Source: Amphiscolops sp. MND2022
Taxonomy: Eukaryota
Direction: 5' to 3'
DNA length: 64,000 nt
Assembly (NCBI GenBank): GCA_964187785.1
Contig: OZ076419.1
Span: 51,336,001-51,400,000 of the forward strand
Shown here: positions 1 through 14,299 of the stretch, piece after piece
How the letters are laid out: each line of letters starts with the position of its first letter
Position numbering within the stretch: position 1 is the stretch's first letter
Program-made: the position numbers and the translations under genes
Notes under the pieces: model-generated
The model's input: only the letters and a program-made list of their open reading frames with translations
What the model was told of the DNA's origin: nothing
Databases searched by the model: none

Positions 1-3000
1 GGTCTACAGACTTATCAATCTAATTACTCTCTTTACACCCACATGGTTCTCAGATGCTTTTTTTGCACTATTTGGATCCCCATGTTACATTGTAGCACAA
101 TTTGCAATATCTTTTTCTACATTTCTTTTCATACAAGCAACAATTACTCTCAATATCAAACTTTATAAAACAATCTCCATCAAATTCAATCTTAAAGAAA
201 ACATTACTATTTTTAGTTCCATAGCCCATGGTTTTTTCAATATTCTTACAGCTGAAATGGTAAATGACCTCAATGATACTCATCATCACAACCCAACTTA
301 GCACTCAAAAGTTCAAAATCCTCACCTATGACACATGTGATTGACAACCCATTACATGGTTCTTCTATTTCTGATAACCGAACAAATCACATTACAACTC
401 CAACTGGTATTACATCACCATCACCTTTTAATACAAAACGAGCAAACAAATTTTTAAAAAATGGCATGGTTGAAATTACTTCCAAAACGAAAACTAACTC
501 TTCATTTTAAAATTAATCCCAACACCTCATCACTTCATTCATCAACAGTACAAAATCCAACTTTACCTAATTATTAGTATGTCAATACAACTCCTAATGA
601 CAACTCTCTTGATAACACTTCTGCTAATAATGACCCTGACACCCTGTCAAAGTATAATCTAAAACAAAATATCCTTTTCCTCTACCATCTTTTTAGACTC
701 CATTCATTTTACCTTTCACTTCAGTATAGTACACTTGACTGCCACTCGCAGAAATAAAAATCCAAAAATCTTCATTGAACAAATAATTTCGAAAGAATTT
801 CTTCAAAAAATAGTCAGAATTTAGCTTCCTTCATCTTCACCTGAAATTCCCGCAGTAATCGAAATCGTTGTGCGCCGCCCTAGTACTCCTACAATCAAAT
901 CTCGTGTATTGGTTCCGTCACCAACTACATAATAAAAAATCATTTAAAAACGGCACAAGCACAACTTCATCGCCAAACACAACTCGAACAAACTTCTATT
1001 GATCTCAATACACAACCTCTCGCCAACGATTCTCTTGTTCTCTTTCTTGATCCAATAAATCAAGTACATCCTCATACCTCAGAACCAGTTAACCACATAG
1101 AACATCACACTTCTCCAAAAAATAATACTCCTCCAGATAACTCACACGCGACGCCACCACCTCCAAAAAAGAAATATGAGATCATGAAAGATCTTAGCTT
1201 CCTCTCGTCACCCAAATATCCACCTATTCTACCATCTAAACCTTCACTTTCTAGAAATCGTGATGATCATTTGATCCCATTTCTTTCTCATGATAGATTC
1301 ACTTTCGAAGCACAACTAACATCTCTCTATATGCATCCAACGGACTATACATTTCGCCTCTATGACAAAAATCAAGATTTCTTCATTTCTATTGCTTCAA
1401 AAATAATGCCTCCCGACCAATATTGGCTTGACAATGGCGTAAAAACCTTTTCTCGTCAGTTCCATTTTCTTCGCCCATCCATCTACGACCTGAAAATGGA
1501 TGAACATAATCCTTCATTCCTCTCAAATGCACAAAAAGTCACTCATCATCAAACGTATACTACATTTCTTAAACAAACAAAACCACAGAACTATTTGTTT
1601 GTGAATTACAAACACACTTCACCGTACACAATGACAAAAATGAATACAATTGATCACTCAAGAATTACAGGCTATCTTAGAAACTATGATACAATCAAAC
1701 AGTATTTCTGTTTGCTACCACACAATGATACATCAAGATCAATTATTGTACCTCAAAAATATCTCATACATTTCGATGATTTTTTGTTGCCTTGCAACAT
1801 CCCTACTACGATTATGAAACCTCTCACTGTTATAAAACACCTAGTCTCTTCTCCGCTCGATGATAAAGATAAATCTTTTTACACTGCTCTTTCAACACAA
1901 TCGCACTCCTATAACGAATTGATCTTTATTTCGGCCAAAATCATTAATTATATGGAACAAACCGGAAACAAAGCTGAACACAATCCCTCTTGCCCATGTT
2001 GAACATACTTGGCCCATTCGTTCTACCACTGATACACTCGCTTCTATTCTCAATAATCGTACTCTTCGTGATCTAACCCAACTGTTAGATCCTTACAAAC
2101 GAAATACATTTGGTCCACCTTCAATACACTCACACATCTCATACACTGTCATGACAGAACCCACAAACTCTTACAAACCCTTTACTTCGACTCACAACGT
2201 ATCACACAATCATCAAAAGCAATACAATCAGCACTTGACTTTATGATTAATCTTTTAATTTCCTTTAATCTTCAATAGATCTCCACAGAGGTAATACAAA
2301 TTTCTGTAATTTTCACACCTATGGAACACTATTGGACATAATGGCTATTCAAGAATACAGGTAACATTTTTAGGACTTTTAATGGAACTCTAATATGTTC
2401 TTTTACTCTACAACATATGTTGTTTTACTTTCAAAAATCTATGGTACATACAATAAACATCCAAAACTTTTTCTTAGAACAATCCTATGCTGTTTTACTC
2501 TCGAATAAACCTGTAGTACATGCTCTATACATTTAAAAAGTCTTTCTCCACTTACTACAAAACAAGTTAAGAAATTAACTTTGAAGAAATTACAAATAAA
2601 ATTCGTACTCCGTTTTACGCATATATGGCACCCAATTTTATAGCACACAAAATGATAAAAACGAAGAATATTTCTGTTCTCAGAACTCCTTTGTTTTAGA
2701 AACATCAATTCTTCTTCCTCCTTCTTCTTTGCCTCTTTGGCCAAACCCACTGCAGTGAAACCACACTATCAGGACTCCTCTCAAACTCCAAATTCATCAT
2801 CGTATTACCATGGTTCCTCCAGATGCTGAAACAAATTTCAAATTAATTTCATCTAACAACGCCAAGAGTTTGAAAGCAGCCAAATTTCACACGATGGTAT
2901 TTAAATTGTCTCTGGAGATTAACAATGACCAAATCACAATCTCTACCGAAAACTTTTTTCTAACAGTTCTCTATAACATCTGCAAAATTAGATTAAGAAA

Positions 3001-3300
3001 AAGCATAAAACATTCGAACAATATGCTCGTCTTCATCTCGATGGCCGTAAATTACCATATGCGAAACCGCATCTAATATGGTTTTCGTGCTAAACTCGTC
3101 TTTTACTGCCAAAGACCAATGCTTTAGAGTTGCAATCGCTGAAGCTTGTGAAGCTTTCAGTGAAACGATGTTACAATTTAGATACACCAAAAATCTCGAA
3201 ACTTACGACCCTCAAATGCATGACGTTAATCCTGCACAAACGCATCCGTTTTGCTGAATGAAAAACAAAACACCTACTTACTTTCACTCGTCTTGTTCCA
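1..3300 (+). mobile_element. Decayed coding-like tract, probably the 3' accessory region of a large LTR retroelement (boundaries approximate)
   Basis: Strong A/C-rich, G-poor plus-strand skew with broken reading frames. This is the mirror image of the composition of the minus-strand Gypsy relic at 26-37 kb. No RT or IN motif is seen inside this tract. Confidence 0.35.
1184..2002 (+). CDS. Hypothetical 272-aa ORF of unknown function inside the decayed tract
   Basis: Longest open frame in the first 40 kb. It has a Pro/Ser-rich N-terminus followed by globular-looking sequence, with no recognised motif. Confidence 0.35.
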   Translation: MKDLSFLSSPKYPPILPSKPSLSRNRDDHLIPFLSHDRFTFEAQLTSLYMHPTDYTFRLYDKNQDFFISIASKIMPPDQYWLDNGVKTFSRQFHFLRPSIYDLKMDEHNPSFLSNAQKVTHHQTYTTFLKQTKPQNYLFVNYKHTSPYTMTKMNTIDHSRITGYLRNYDTIKQYFCLLPHNDTSRSIIVPQKYLIHFDDFLLPCNIPTTIMKPLTVIKHLVSSPLDDKDKSFYTALSTQSHSYNELIFISAKIINYMEQTGNKAEHNPSCPC

Positions 3301-3446
3301 CTACTTGCCATTTATTCATCTCTCTTTGATGATTGGAGTTGAACAAGTTGTTCACTTCCTTCAAACCTCCATACACACAAAGCTTTCTCTACAATGATGC
3401 ACTCTCATCTCGATTAGTTACCATCATCCATCATCCTTACAGGCCT

Positions 3447-3635
3447 TCAACTGGTCTTCACTCCACAACCACTGGTCAATTGTCACTGGTCTTCTCCATC
3501 GTCACTGGACTTCAACATCGTCCCTGGTCTTTCGGGTACCAGGTCTTCATCGTCACTGGACTTCAACATCTTCACTGGCCTTCTTGGTCACTGGTCTTCT
3601 TCATCGTCACTTGACTTCTACATTGTCACCGGTCA
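3447..3635. repeat. Degenerate minisatellite built on CATCGTCACTGG(A/T)CTTC
   Basis: Several imperfect tandem copies are directly visible, e.g. catcgtcactggacttcaacatc occurs twice. Confidence 0.7.
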
Positions 3636-6624
3636 ACACCCTTCCTTTGCTCCAAAAAGGCAATCCAATGAATGAACTTTGAACTGACACTGCAATATTT
3701 CAAACATTAATCTTTAATTTCAAAACTTTATTTCAATACACCCCCATAATAACTGCAATTTAGACCCATTATAACTTTAATCATTTATTCGTATAGTCGT
3801 AGTTACTTTTTGTGATTTTTTTACTACTACAATTTACTTAAAATTCTATAATTATAGCAGCATGGTAATCTTGCAACCACAAAAATTGGAATCTTGATAC
3901 ACAAAATTAGTGTATAACATTTGTAATCACAAATATTGTATCTTTTATTATTCTTATTACCCAATTTTAATGTGTAAAATTTGCAAAAGATTTAGTCCTC
4001 TATAAAAAATTGCATAATACATTATTATCCTACTTTTTTACAATACAGAAATCCTTCCTATGTTACCAAAATTCTTGGTAAGATCCCCAAATAACATGGT
4101 ACAACATGGTACAACTCATAGTACAACATCTTTTTCAAAAGTTTGAATCTCTTCTATGTAGAAAAAAGTCTTTGCTTCCGCTTTGCTAGTGACTTCTGTT
4201 GAAAATGAACTCGAACTTGAATCTTGACTTTTCAAAACTTCTTCACTCTTGGTTCAAACATCCGCCACTGTTTGTTCACAACTCACTGACAAACTTTTTA
4301 GGATGGCTCTTCAAGTCAAACAAAATTTTCAACGATGACTAACTCATGTTGAAGAACACATAATTTTGAAACAAACCGATGGCAGATACAAAAATTCACA
4401 AATAATAGATAAGTTGTCAAAAATAACTGGAACACAACTGTCAGTCATTCTAAGCTGAAACTTTTGCATCAATTTGAACCGTAAATTACATTAGAAGTCA
4501 ATTCCTCATTGGTTGTTCTCACTCCTTAAGTATGGAACACTTCACACTTCTAAAACAGAACTCATGCATACAAGACCTGAAACAAAACTTTGGAACTCTA
4601 CGCTTCCAACGTGAAGATATATGAAATTTTATTTTTCAAAAATTCCCGGTTGATTGTGATGTCATGATGCATGTCATCAAGTATTTTTTTAAAAAATTGA
4701 TCTAATCTCGAAACGCACCCACCTTTTATAAGACAGATGTCACATCAATTCGAAGATAATTAGATTGATGAAACTTGGTGAGAACTTCATTAGTATCTCA
4801 TCTTTTTAACAGTCACTTTAGAATGATTAGCATGATTGTAATCTCTTGTATTCGTTGATGAAATTACTGAATATATGTATCAGAGAAATTAGAATCTGAT
4901 CTGTAGAACAGTCTTCCTCTAGAATAGACCTGAACTGAGATCTCAGAGAATTGTGAATTAGCTATACCTAAAACTTAGACGATTTGCTGTTAAGATAACT
5001 AGACTTCTTATGTACTCAATCAAAAACTAAAACAAGTAACCCCTCAAGTCTTAAACAGCTCAACTGCCCTCTGAAAGAAGCTGGGCCAAAGGTCTGTCAG
5101 ACTACAATGAACGTTTGATAAATGAACAGCATCAAACACACTTCTCTACCATGTATTAAAGCGCTGTTTTATTTAAACTGATCTAATTTAACATCAGCTA
5201 CTTTGTACGCTTTTGAATATCCGTTTTTGATCATAAACTAGTGCCTTTGGTTGTCTTCATGAGCATGTGCAATACTTGCATAAATTGTTAGCAATTCAGT
5301 AACAAGCTGATAGCATCAAAGGAAACGCGTTCAATTAAGATCACGCTCTAGCAAAACGGATCGTGGTCCTTTAAAAAGATCAGCCAATCACGTTGCTAGA
5401 TTCATGTAGCTACTCGGAGTAACAATCCGTCATTCATAAAGCATTGCGCTTCCACACATCTTGAATATTCAGTGTAATTACTTGACAAGCGTGCGGCCTC
5501 CCCCCATTTCTAGAAATTTTCCCTGAAGTATCTTATAGTTGCTTTTTTTTATCCAACTTTAAGGTAATGTAATGATGACGTAATGCAGTAACCTTGATTT
5601 TTAGCTCAATGACACTGAAACACTTGCGTGTAATGCCATTTTGGATGCCAGCAGTGTGTCCCGGAATTATGAGGGACCATATTTGGAGATACACTGCTGC
5701 TATCAAATTAACGAATCTCATTCTGATTGTTATACCGTTTTCTTGACTCACAGAATTTGTCCAGAACCACTGTTTCCAAACGCCTTCTACATGGAAACAG
5801 TAAGTGAAGATGATGTCCGATTTAGAAAACCTGGACGTAATGTTAGAGAGTTACTCAAGAAATAGAGGATACAGGATACAGTACAATGTTAACTTGATCA
5901 GTGAGGAGTTTAGAGCGGTACTGAAAGCAAATAGAAAAGAATGTACTGAAATTACTTCCGAGACTGCTTAAATGATTAATTGTAATATCACTAGTCAAGT
6001 TACAAGGAAACTCGATGAGATTCAGATAAACCGAATTTCCCATAACAAGCAATTAATTCTGTAATTACAGAGCAAGTCATTCCTTCCATTCAGAACTGTC
6101 TTGGAACTCAGGCAAGAGGATTAAATACGAAAGTTGACCTTCGGTCCAGTGGGCTATATATCAACTCCGAAGTTGAAAATAGTAAGAAAACACGGGAAAA
6201 TTGTCCTGAAAACAAACTTCAATTTTAATTATCGACGTTGCCACGTAAGATTGAGCTTAATAGACTCCCAGGACAGCGATTTAGATTACGATATTGGGTG
6301 TTAACTTCTCTTCTTTGATCAAACCGCTGCACTGTGTCAGTGACTGCCTTCATCCGAGCACCAATGACTGTTACCTTTTAGGCCTCAAAGTCTTGCGTTT
6401 CCTGATGTCAAATGGTTGAGCTTGGGCTTTGTTCGAAGTGTATCGTCGCGAGATGTGAAAGTCAAACGCAGAGAAAACCATGTCAAAAACCACCGAAAAT
6501 TTTCCCAAAACTTCTAACTGTGTCAATTATTTTCATATAGAAATAATTCAATTCAATTATGGTCGTGTTTATTCAATGAACTCAAGGCATGGAAACCTTG
6601 GTGGTTTCACAATTTCTATGAATA

Positions 6625-7130
6625 CCCAGCGTTCGACATCTTGAATATCTTGCCAAGTTCTTAGGAAAATCTTGAATTCTTGAATATCTTGGAAAGATCT
6701 TGGATTTTATCTTGACATCTTGAATTTCATGGTAAGATCTTGAATTTCATCTTGGATATCTTGGATCTTGGAAATCTTGGTAAGATCTTGTAACTTGAAT
6801 ATCTTTGCAAGATCTTGGAGTTTGTCTTGACATCTTGAATATCTTGAGTTCTGTCACGTACATTATATAGTTACACATCAGCAGAGAGCCTCCACCTCAG
6901 AATAAGGATATTGTTCAGTTTCTGGAAGCGTTGCTTGCAGAAGAACTACATGTTCGACAAATATATTCTTGGAATCTATCTTGGATTTTTTGGCAAGATC
7001 TTGGATTTCATGTTGGATATCTTGACAAGATCTTCGGTACAATCTTGAAATAGCTTGGCACGATCTTGGCACGATCTTGGCACGATCTTGGCACGATCTT
7101 GGCAACATATTCAAGATGTCCAACGCTGGG
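6625..7130. mobile_element. Non-autonomous TIR element (CMC/EnSpm-like MITE) with subterminal ATCTTG arrays
   Basis: Left end cccagcgttcgacatcttgaatatcttgccaag matches the reverse complement of the right end cttggcaacatattcaagatgtccaacgctggg at 31 of 33 positions. The interior is degenerate ATCTTG repeats including (cttggcacgat)x4. Flanks are TA/TC. Confidence 0.7.
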
Positions 7131-8217
7131 TCTTTACTTCACATTCAAGTTTAAACAACCAGTAATCGAACATTGCTGCGGAAATATGCGGAAGAATTCG
7201 AACCGCATACACTATTCAATCAGGTATCATTTCATTACGTATCAACGTGTTCTCTCACGCCATAATCTTCGCTTCAAACTCTGATGTTTGATAGTACGAT
7301 CAAATTTCAAAATCTACACTTAGGATCGGTTATGCACCATATAATACTTTTCCAAGAAAATGATGTTGTTGAAACTAGTGACCTCTAACTCAACTCTATT
7401 TAATAATAATATATTTCTTTAAATCAAAGTATAACAGCATCCAATGATTTGTTCTGTCATTTTCTAGTCTTTTTCAATCGAATTGGAACAAATCTTACCA
7501 ATCAGAGAGAGGTTCTACTCTTTTATAAACGTCGATTAGTAGAAACATTTTACCTGGTGTGGCTCCCGACTTATGATACTTGCTGGTCGTGCAACTCATT
7601 GATCAACCTGAAACAAACTTGTAAGTTCACGTATAAACTTGTAAAATCAACCTGTAAACACAACTCGAGTTCACTTATTTTCAAGCGAATAACATTTGGA
7701 AACATTCAAGTTTTTCAGAGATCAACCTTTTCCAAGCAGAATTCAGGTCTTGTCTTAAATGTGCAAGTCCAAACTGGATTGATCTCCAAAGAACAATAAT
7801 ATTAAACGCACAAAAGGCACGTTTGTAGTTCGGAGGAGTTTTCAGAGGATCCTATTGTAAGCCATTTCTTGCGGAAAATTAAGCAAGTTAGATGAGTTCA
7901 GGAAAAAACCTGTCACCACATCGTTGCTGGAAGATTTGAACTTTATCCAGAAGCGTCTCAGGAAAAAACATCTAGAAAGAATAAAAACCCTTTCCACTCA
8001 AAAAACGCAAAAAGTTTTGGTTCCAGATGATTTCCATCTAGATAATGCAAGACTCTGGCAGAAAAAGCACCCTGTTCTAAAATAACGCAAGGATATCTGA
8101 GAAACTCCGGGAGAGTCATTTTCAGTCAAAATGAGTTCGTTTACTTTTGCCATGACGAAATCTTTTAATGTATATTCCGAGATTTCAATCGACAACGAAT
8201 CGAAAAACAATCATTGG

Positions 8218-8713
8218 TGTCATGCCCAAATGCCATGAAAAAAAGAACATAACCCGAAAATCAGTTCATTGAAATGCATGCTTTAACCTACGAGCCATCA
8301 TTTCCAGCAATATTTACTCTCTAACTTTCGTTTAGATGTGCTGGTGAGTATGATTGGGACAATAAATCATCAAAACAATCGTGTGTCTAGTATTTTAATG
8401 TTTATCAGTTCATTGCATTTTAACTAATATGTAAGTATGACTGGAACAATCAGTCATCATTACCATACACTCACAATTATGATGGTTTCAAGTCCATACC
8501 TAGTTAAATGATCATACATGTAAAATAGGGGTAACCGGTCGTTGAAATTATATCCATTCGTTCATTGTCACAATATTACACATGCAGTTCATTTGATTCC
8601 AATATGTAGATGATACGTTTTATTACTACTGAGTATACCTAAAAAATTCAGTAAAACTTTTGTTAACACAACTGAGAGATACTAGCATATTCTGGAACCT
8701 CATTTCACTAACA
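8218..8713 (+). repeat. Putative 5' LTR (TGTCA...TAACA) of a decayed Gypsy element
   Basis: Direct repeat of 13794-14281. It starts with TGT at the same homologous position, and the second copy is preceded by a PPT. Confidence 0.6.
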
Positions 8714-8739
8714 ACTTTCTTATTATCTCTTATCAATTT

Positions 8740-11250
8740 ACATACAATGAACCTTGAAAATTGATCAACTCAGATACGACCCGACTTTCCTCACCAATTA
8801 CAAAGAGATTGCCAAGGAAGCTTACGGAGACAAAGCACAAGACACCGTGCAATTGTTCCTCTTTCCGAAATTGCCAATACAACTCCAAAATGAACAGGCA
8901 ATTGCAAGAAAAAATAACGCTAGCATAAAAACAAAAACATTCGTTCTGAGGCAACGCCAATATGCACAATTGCTGTCTAAACAACTCCTACAACCATTCA
9001 ACCAAGCAGTACCAGCTCTGAACCGCAACATTAACCTGGTACCCAGAAAAAGAGCGACAATGAAACCCACAAAGGAATTCGATGGAAACTGATCTACGGA
9101 CATAAACTTACAAATTGCAGAAAACGACAAATCAGCTGGACACAACATCTCACAATCAAAACCTCAACACCAACAAGAACACAGCCCAAAATTCAACGCC
9201 AAACTGGCATGCGAATTATGCGGACATGGGGGCCACTCAGCAGCAGAGGACTAGATACAGGATACCCAGCACATCCACGTTCGGGAGCGTCCCCTACAGC
9301 AAACAGTCCACAACAGCAAACAGGGACTTCTGTAGATACTTTCGTTGAGCCCAAACCGAATAACAACCAGCAAACAAAATAATTGGAAATGACCAGAGGA
9401 AAGAAATGAAGCATACAACAACTCAAACCCAGCAGAGTGCAACAAACTTGTTACGCGAGGAACGAATCCACCGACTCAAACTTAACCAGGAAATCCCATT
9501 CTACCTGATCTCTCAGACTTTATTCCTGACGATGACGTTACCACCTCAAAACAGACCGATCCCATCAACGACATTCTGAGCCAAGTCCAAAAGGCAACAA
9601 CGAATCGGATGAACAGTTTCGCGAGTGGTTCGGAACCATCCGTCATCAGATTACGCCAATCATCACTGGCCAATATTACGAGATGACGTTCACCAGATTC
9701 CCACGAAGACATTGTGACAACGTGGTAAACCAGGTATGCCCCAAAGTGGCTTTTCAAAAAGTCCATTATCAAATTGAAAACTCATATTCAACGCATGACT
9801 AGAATTTTGAGTCAAAGCGAAACACCACCTTATAATGCCAACTTTACAAGTAAGTTTTTCCAAAAACTAGTCGAAAACAAGAAAAGACTTGAAGATAAAA
9901 ACAACGCCTCGTACAGTATTTTTCTTGACTGTACAGGAAAAAGTAAGTGTAAACAGATTGTTGTTGTCCCTCCTGATCCCATCAACCAAATATTTCAATC
10001 GTTTGACAACGACCCTCTGCGGAGCCATCCAGGTAGTTGTAAAATGTTACAAGAACTTCGTAAAAGTTCCTACTTGCCTAACCTATCCGAACTCGTGCTG
10101 CAATACGTCATCATTGCCAAGACTGCTTTCGGTCCATGCCGATCCCGGAAGCCACAATCACACCAACGCTGCAACAAAATTATAACCCTTTTAACGGTCC
10201 TGAAGACATACTGAAAAATGATTTAGTAGGCGAACTGCGAACTTCAAATAGGCTCACAAACCTCCCCGCCGCCTGTGATAAGTTTTCCAGAGATCTTTTC
10301 GCGATAAATTCTGCAAACCATATACCGAATCGGTAGTAGATGATCTATTGCAAAATTTCATCTAGCAATCCTACGTACTGAAAACCTACGTATTGAAAGC
10401 GTACGTACTGAAAAGTAATAATGATCTACTTTCACATCTCAACTGCTTATGACAGTAATGGAAACTGCCGGCATCAAAATCGAACAGTCAACTGTAGAGC
10501 CCGCGCAAACGACCGGAACGGTAGAACGCTCTCACCAAAAACTGAAGCAGGTACTCGCGATCTGCTGATTCCCCTGATTCACCATAATGGGACAATTACG
10601 TCAACAAGATGTTAAGCCCATATTACCTCATACCACCAGACACTAAGGTGCCCACATATCGAATAGTTCCACGGTCGATTCCCTTCCAATGCACTAGTTC
10701 TTAGATTCAGTAACTCGCTCCATGAGCCACGTAACACTTTCGACACCAACGGGATTCTCGACAACAAGAACTAGAAATTTCTGGAGACAATTGCCAACAC
10801 CATATAGGGTCATGAAAATCATTTCCACCTCCAATTACATAACACGGAAAGTTCGAATATCCGGACACAATGTGATCACAACTGCCGTTCCGCCCATTCA
10901 CGTCAAACGAGCCAATCACTGATAACGCCGACAACCCGACTCAACACTTCGAAGATCCCGACGCTCTCGATGAGCAGGAGTTTTGTGATAACCACGTCCC
11001 ACGGCCGGTAACAGAACAAGCACACAAAGCAATACCTGATCAATCTAACTCCTGAGAAATGGAAACTGCCGACAGCATTACCCATTACGAACGACAACAC
11101 ATAACACCTGAAGCAACCGAACAATACCTGAGACTCAATCAACCACGCAGGAACAACACCCAGACGACACAGGCACCCTGATGCTCAACCAACAATCGCA
11201 GAAAATTGAACCATTGAGCGCACAAATGCCCCGTCCCGGCATATAATGTC
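8740..11250 (+). pseudogene. Decayed Ty3/Gypsy gag C-terminal fragment joined to an integrase relic (RT/RNase H deleted)
   Basis: Gag-like IDQLRYDPT...QLFLFPKLPIQLQNE. Integrase zinc-finger-like FDNDPLRSHPG..KMLQELRKSSYLPN followed by DLVGEL. Multiple stops and frameshifts. Confidence 0.7.
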
Positions 11251-13781
11251 GAGATACGGGCTGAGATACAACCCAAACCCTATCAGGTACCCTGTTTTTG
11301 TAATGTATGAACTACACGGTACACCTGCACTTCAACATTTATCAATAAAAAACAGACACCTCTACCGAAAACTTGAAACCCCATGCACGGTTATCTAAAC
11401 AATTGAAACACCGAAATAGCTGAAATGCAAAACGATATTTCGTGATATCTAACAGTAACGGTTATTTATTCACCATCTGAAATTACTCGCAATACTAACG
11501 CTAATAACAAAACAACGACTGCCAACAACAGTCGTCAGATAATCTAGTACCAGAACAAGCGAAAAACAGTCCATCAGCTAGTAATTGCTCCTCATGTAAC
11601 ATGTAGTACAAAACTCAACTATTTAAATAGTTTCTTCTTCCCCAAATACAGAACAAAACACCACAAACCGAGTGTGACGACTGCAACTTCCCGTCGTCCA
11701 GCTATTTAATAACGCTCTGCGCGGGAAAGAACGCATTGAGTCAAATAAGCATCACAAGAGGTCGGTAAATTCCTGTCATACAGAACAAACCAAGTAATGT
11801 AATACATGTAATTGATCACCACTCAGCTACTAAATGATGCAATTTACGTTAGAATCATTCCAGCCACGATCAAAAGGATATGTTTCGCATTTCCTGCCTC
11901 CCCACGCGTACCAAGTGAAACTAACCACCGTTAAACCGACGCCTACAAGTAAATTGACCAACACAACAACTAGGGTGATTACGTGAAGTTATGTCCTCAC
12001 AACCTTGACCTAGCTGAAATAGTTGAAAAAAAATTGGGTGAGTTGTGTGGGCTTGTCGTCAAACGTGTGTATGTGTGAATGGTTGTCATTTTCAGACGAC
12101 GCTTGAGTCTTAGCAAGTCGATTCGGTGTTAGTTTTGCACGGGTTCTTGTGACGACATCTAAACGACACAACAGTTAAAAACAAATTACCTCACACTTCT
12201 TAACCTTACATGCAACATGTTCAAGAAGCGATCCACTCTTGGCGTTCCTTCCAAATAAATGTCCAACATTTAGAACGACGACGAACATACCAACGCTCTA
12301 CCCCTTCTCCACCTTCCCGATACTTCGTGAATTTCGCATCGTGTTGGAAGAATTCTAAGGAGAAAATAAGACTCACAGCGTGGAAAACAAAACACGAAAA
12401 GAGGGGGACAGTAATAAGCATAACGTAGCAATAGATACATGTGCAAGACATCAATGACAGACATCACGAAAGATGACGTCTTAGGACACACATCAGCGAA
12501 GATGACGTCAAAACAGTGTGTCATCTCCTCAACCACTCCACACATGTGTATTAACCCATGTAACACAGTACTTATCAAACAACATGTACTTTGAAACACT
12601 TACTGAAATGTGAGTTTCCAAAGTCAAAGTACTAACAGTAAAAGTCACATGCAGAAGACAAAAACAGCGCAATACTCTTCTGGTCAGTTAAAATTACGTG
12701 TGGCAAGGACCACCACCTGCAGTCGTCTTTAATTCAAAGTATTGAAACAATTAGCCAACGAACTTGTTGACGCCTGCGAATGTTAAACAAACAGAATACG
12801 GTCAGAACAACTATAGCTGTACCCAGTCATCCGCCTGAACTCTTATCCCAGTTTACATGTATTGCCACTCAAAATGTCTCCTATATTATGCAATTCACAT
12901 GAAATCTACACGAACCACGATGTAACAACAACTCCTAAAAAAACTTGTCGCCTTCAAACTAAGCTATACATTGTTCTGAAACACCTACCAACGGGGTAAA
13001 TTGACGTTGGAAACATTTAACTGAATCCTATAAGTACGCTGACACAAAATAATACACACTGAACTGTAGTACATACTATCGTTGCTGGACTCTCGTGTGT
13101 GACGGAAGTCGGGTCTGTATCAAACGAAATTTAGTCACCGGTGAACCAGTTGACTTAGTGTATTCGCAGTTAGTTTTTTTTGAAGTTCGGCAATCTTATA
13201 AAAACTAACATGTAACTGTTTGAAACCTCCTTCGTTCAAAAAAACTGAAGATTCACACGCCAATAACCGCAGAAATTATTCAACGTTTCTGGATCCAAAT
13301 ATTCATCACTAACAATACTGCTTAGAAGCTCACAAAATCTCGTTCAGTAAAATCAATTTCATTTCAGGAAAACAAACGAAACAAGCCGAACTACAGGTGT
13401 TGTCTCGTTAACTATACCTACCGAGCTGATTTCAGTTTTGCTTACTCCGGGGAAATCTCTTCTCAACTAACTTTTCAACTAGGTAGCCCAACATGTTCAA
13501 CAATTCGATACAAACAATAGCAACTTATAATTAAATCAACAACCACAATACGGGTCTCCCAAACAACAAGCACAAGCAAAAAACCCCAAAATAAAACAAA
13601 AAGAATCAGCAATAACTAGTCCAACTACAAACAAATATCATACTACAAGTCTCACGTCCAGCCGAAGGTACTAGAAATTATTAGAATTGCTTTTAAAGTC
13701 CGTACAACTCCGACGAGCCAAGCTCAAATCATCTCTCCTGATCCACCTTTCTCTTACCAACCGTACAGCTCGCTCCCTCTC

Positions 13782-13793
13782 AAAAGAGGGGGA
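13782..13793 (+). other. Polypurine tract (AAAAGAGGGGGA) immediately upstream of an LTR
   Basis: Purine run directly abutting TGTCAAGCCC at 13794. Confidence 0.7.
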
Positions 13794-14281
13794 TGTCAAG
13801 CCCGAATGACATGAGGAACGAATACAACCCGAAAAATCAGTTCATTGACACACATGCTTTAACTTACAAGTCATCATTTCCAGCAAAATCACTCTTTGTT
13901 TCTCAATCAAATGTGCTTGTGAGTACGATTGGGACAATCAATGGTCAAAAACATCGTGTGTCCACTATTTTATCCCTCCATTGCATTTTAACTTACATGT
14001 AAATATGACTGAAACACTCAGTCATCATTACCATACACTCACAAATATGATGGTTTCAAGTTCATACCTAGTTAAATGATCATACATGTAAAATAGGGAA
14101 AACCGGTCGTTGAAAGTATATCCAATCGTTCATTGTCACAATATTACACATGCAGTTCATTTGATTCCAAAATGTAGATGATACGTTTTTTTACTTTTGA
14201 GTATACCTAAAAAGTTCAGTAAAACTTTTGTTAACACAACTGAGAGATACTAGCATATTCTGGAACCTCATTTCACCAACA
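13794..14281 (+). repeat. Putative LTR shared between two tandem decayed Gypsy internal regions
   Basis: Homologous to 8218-8713. Preceded by a PPT and followed by the same gag fragment as the first copy. Confidence 0.6.
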
Positions 14282-14299
14282 CCTTTCTTACTATCTCTT

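Noticed and set aside
12397-12720. PPT-like GAAAAGAGGGGGA followed by a possible second LTR family
   Set aside because: There is no clean TG start, CA end or partner copy in the window.
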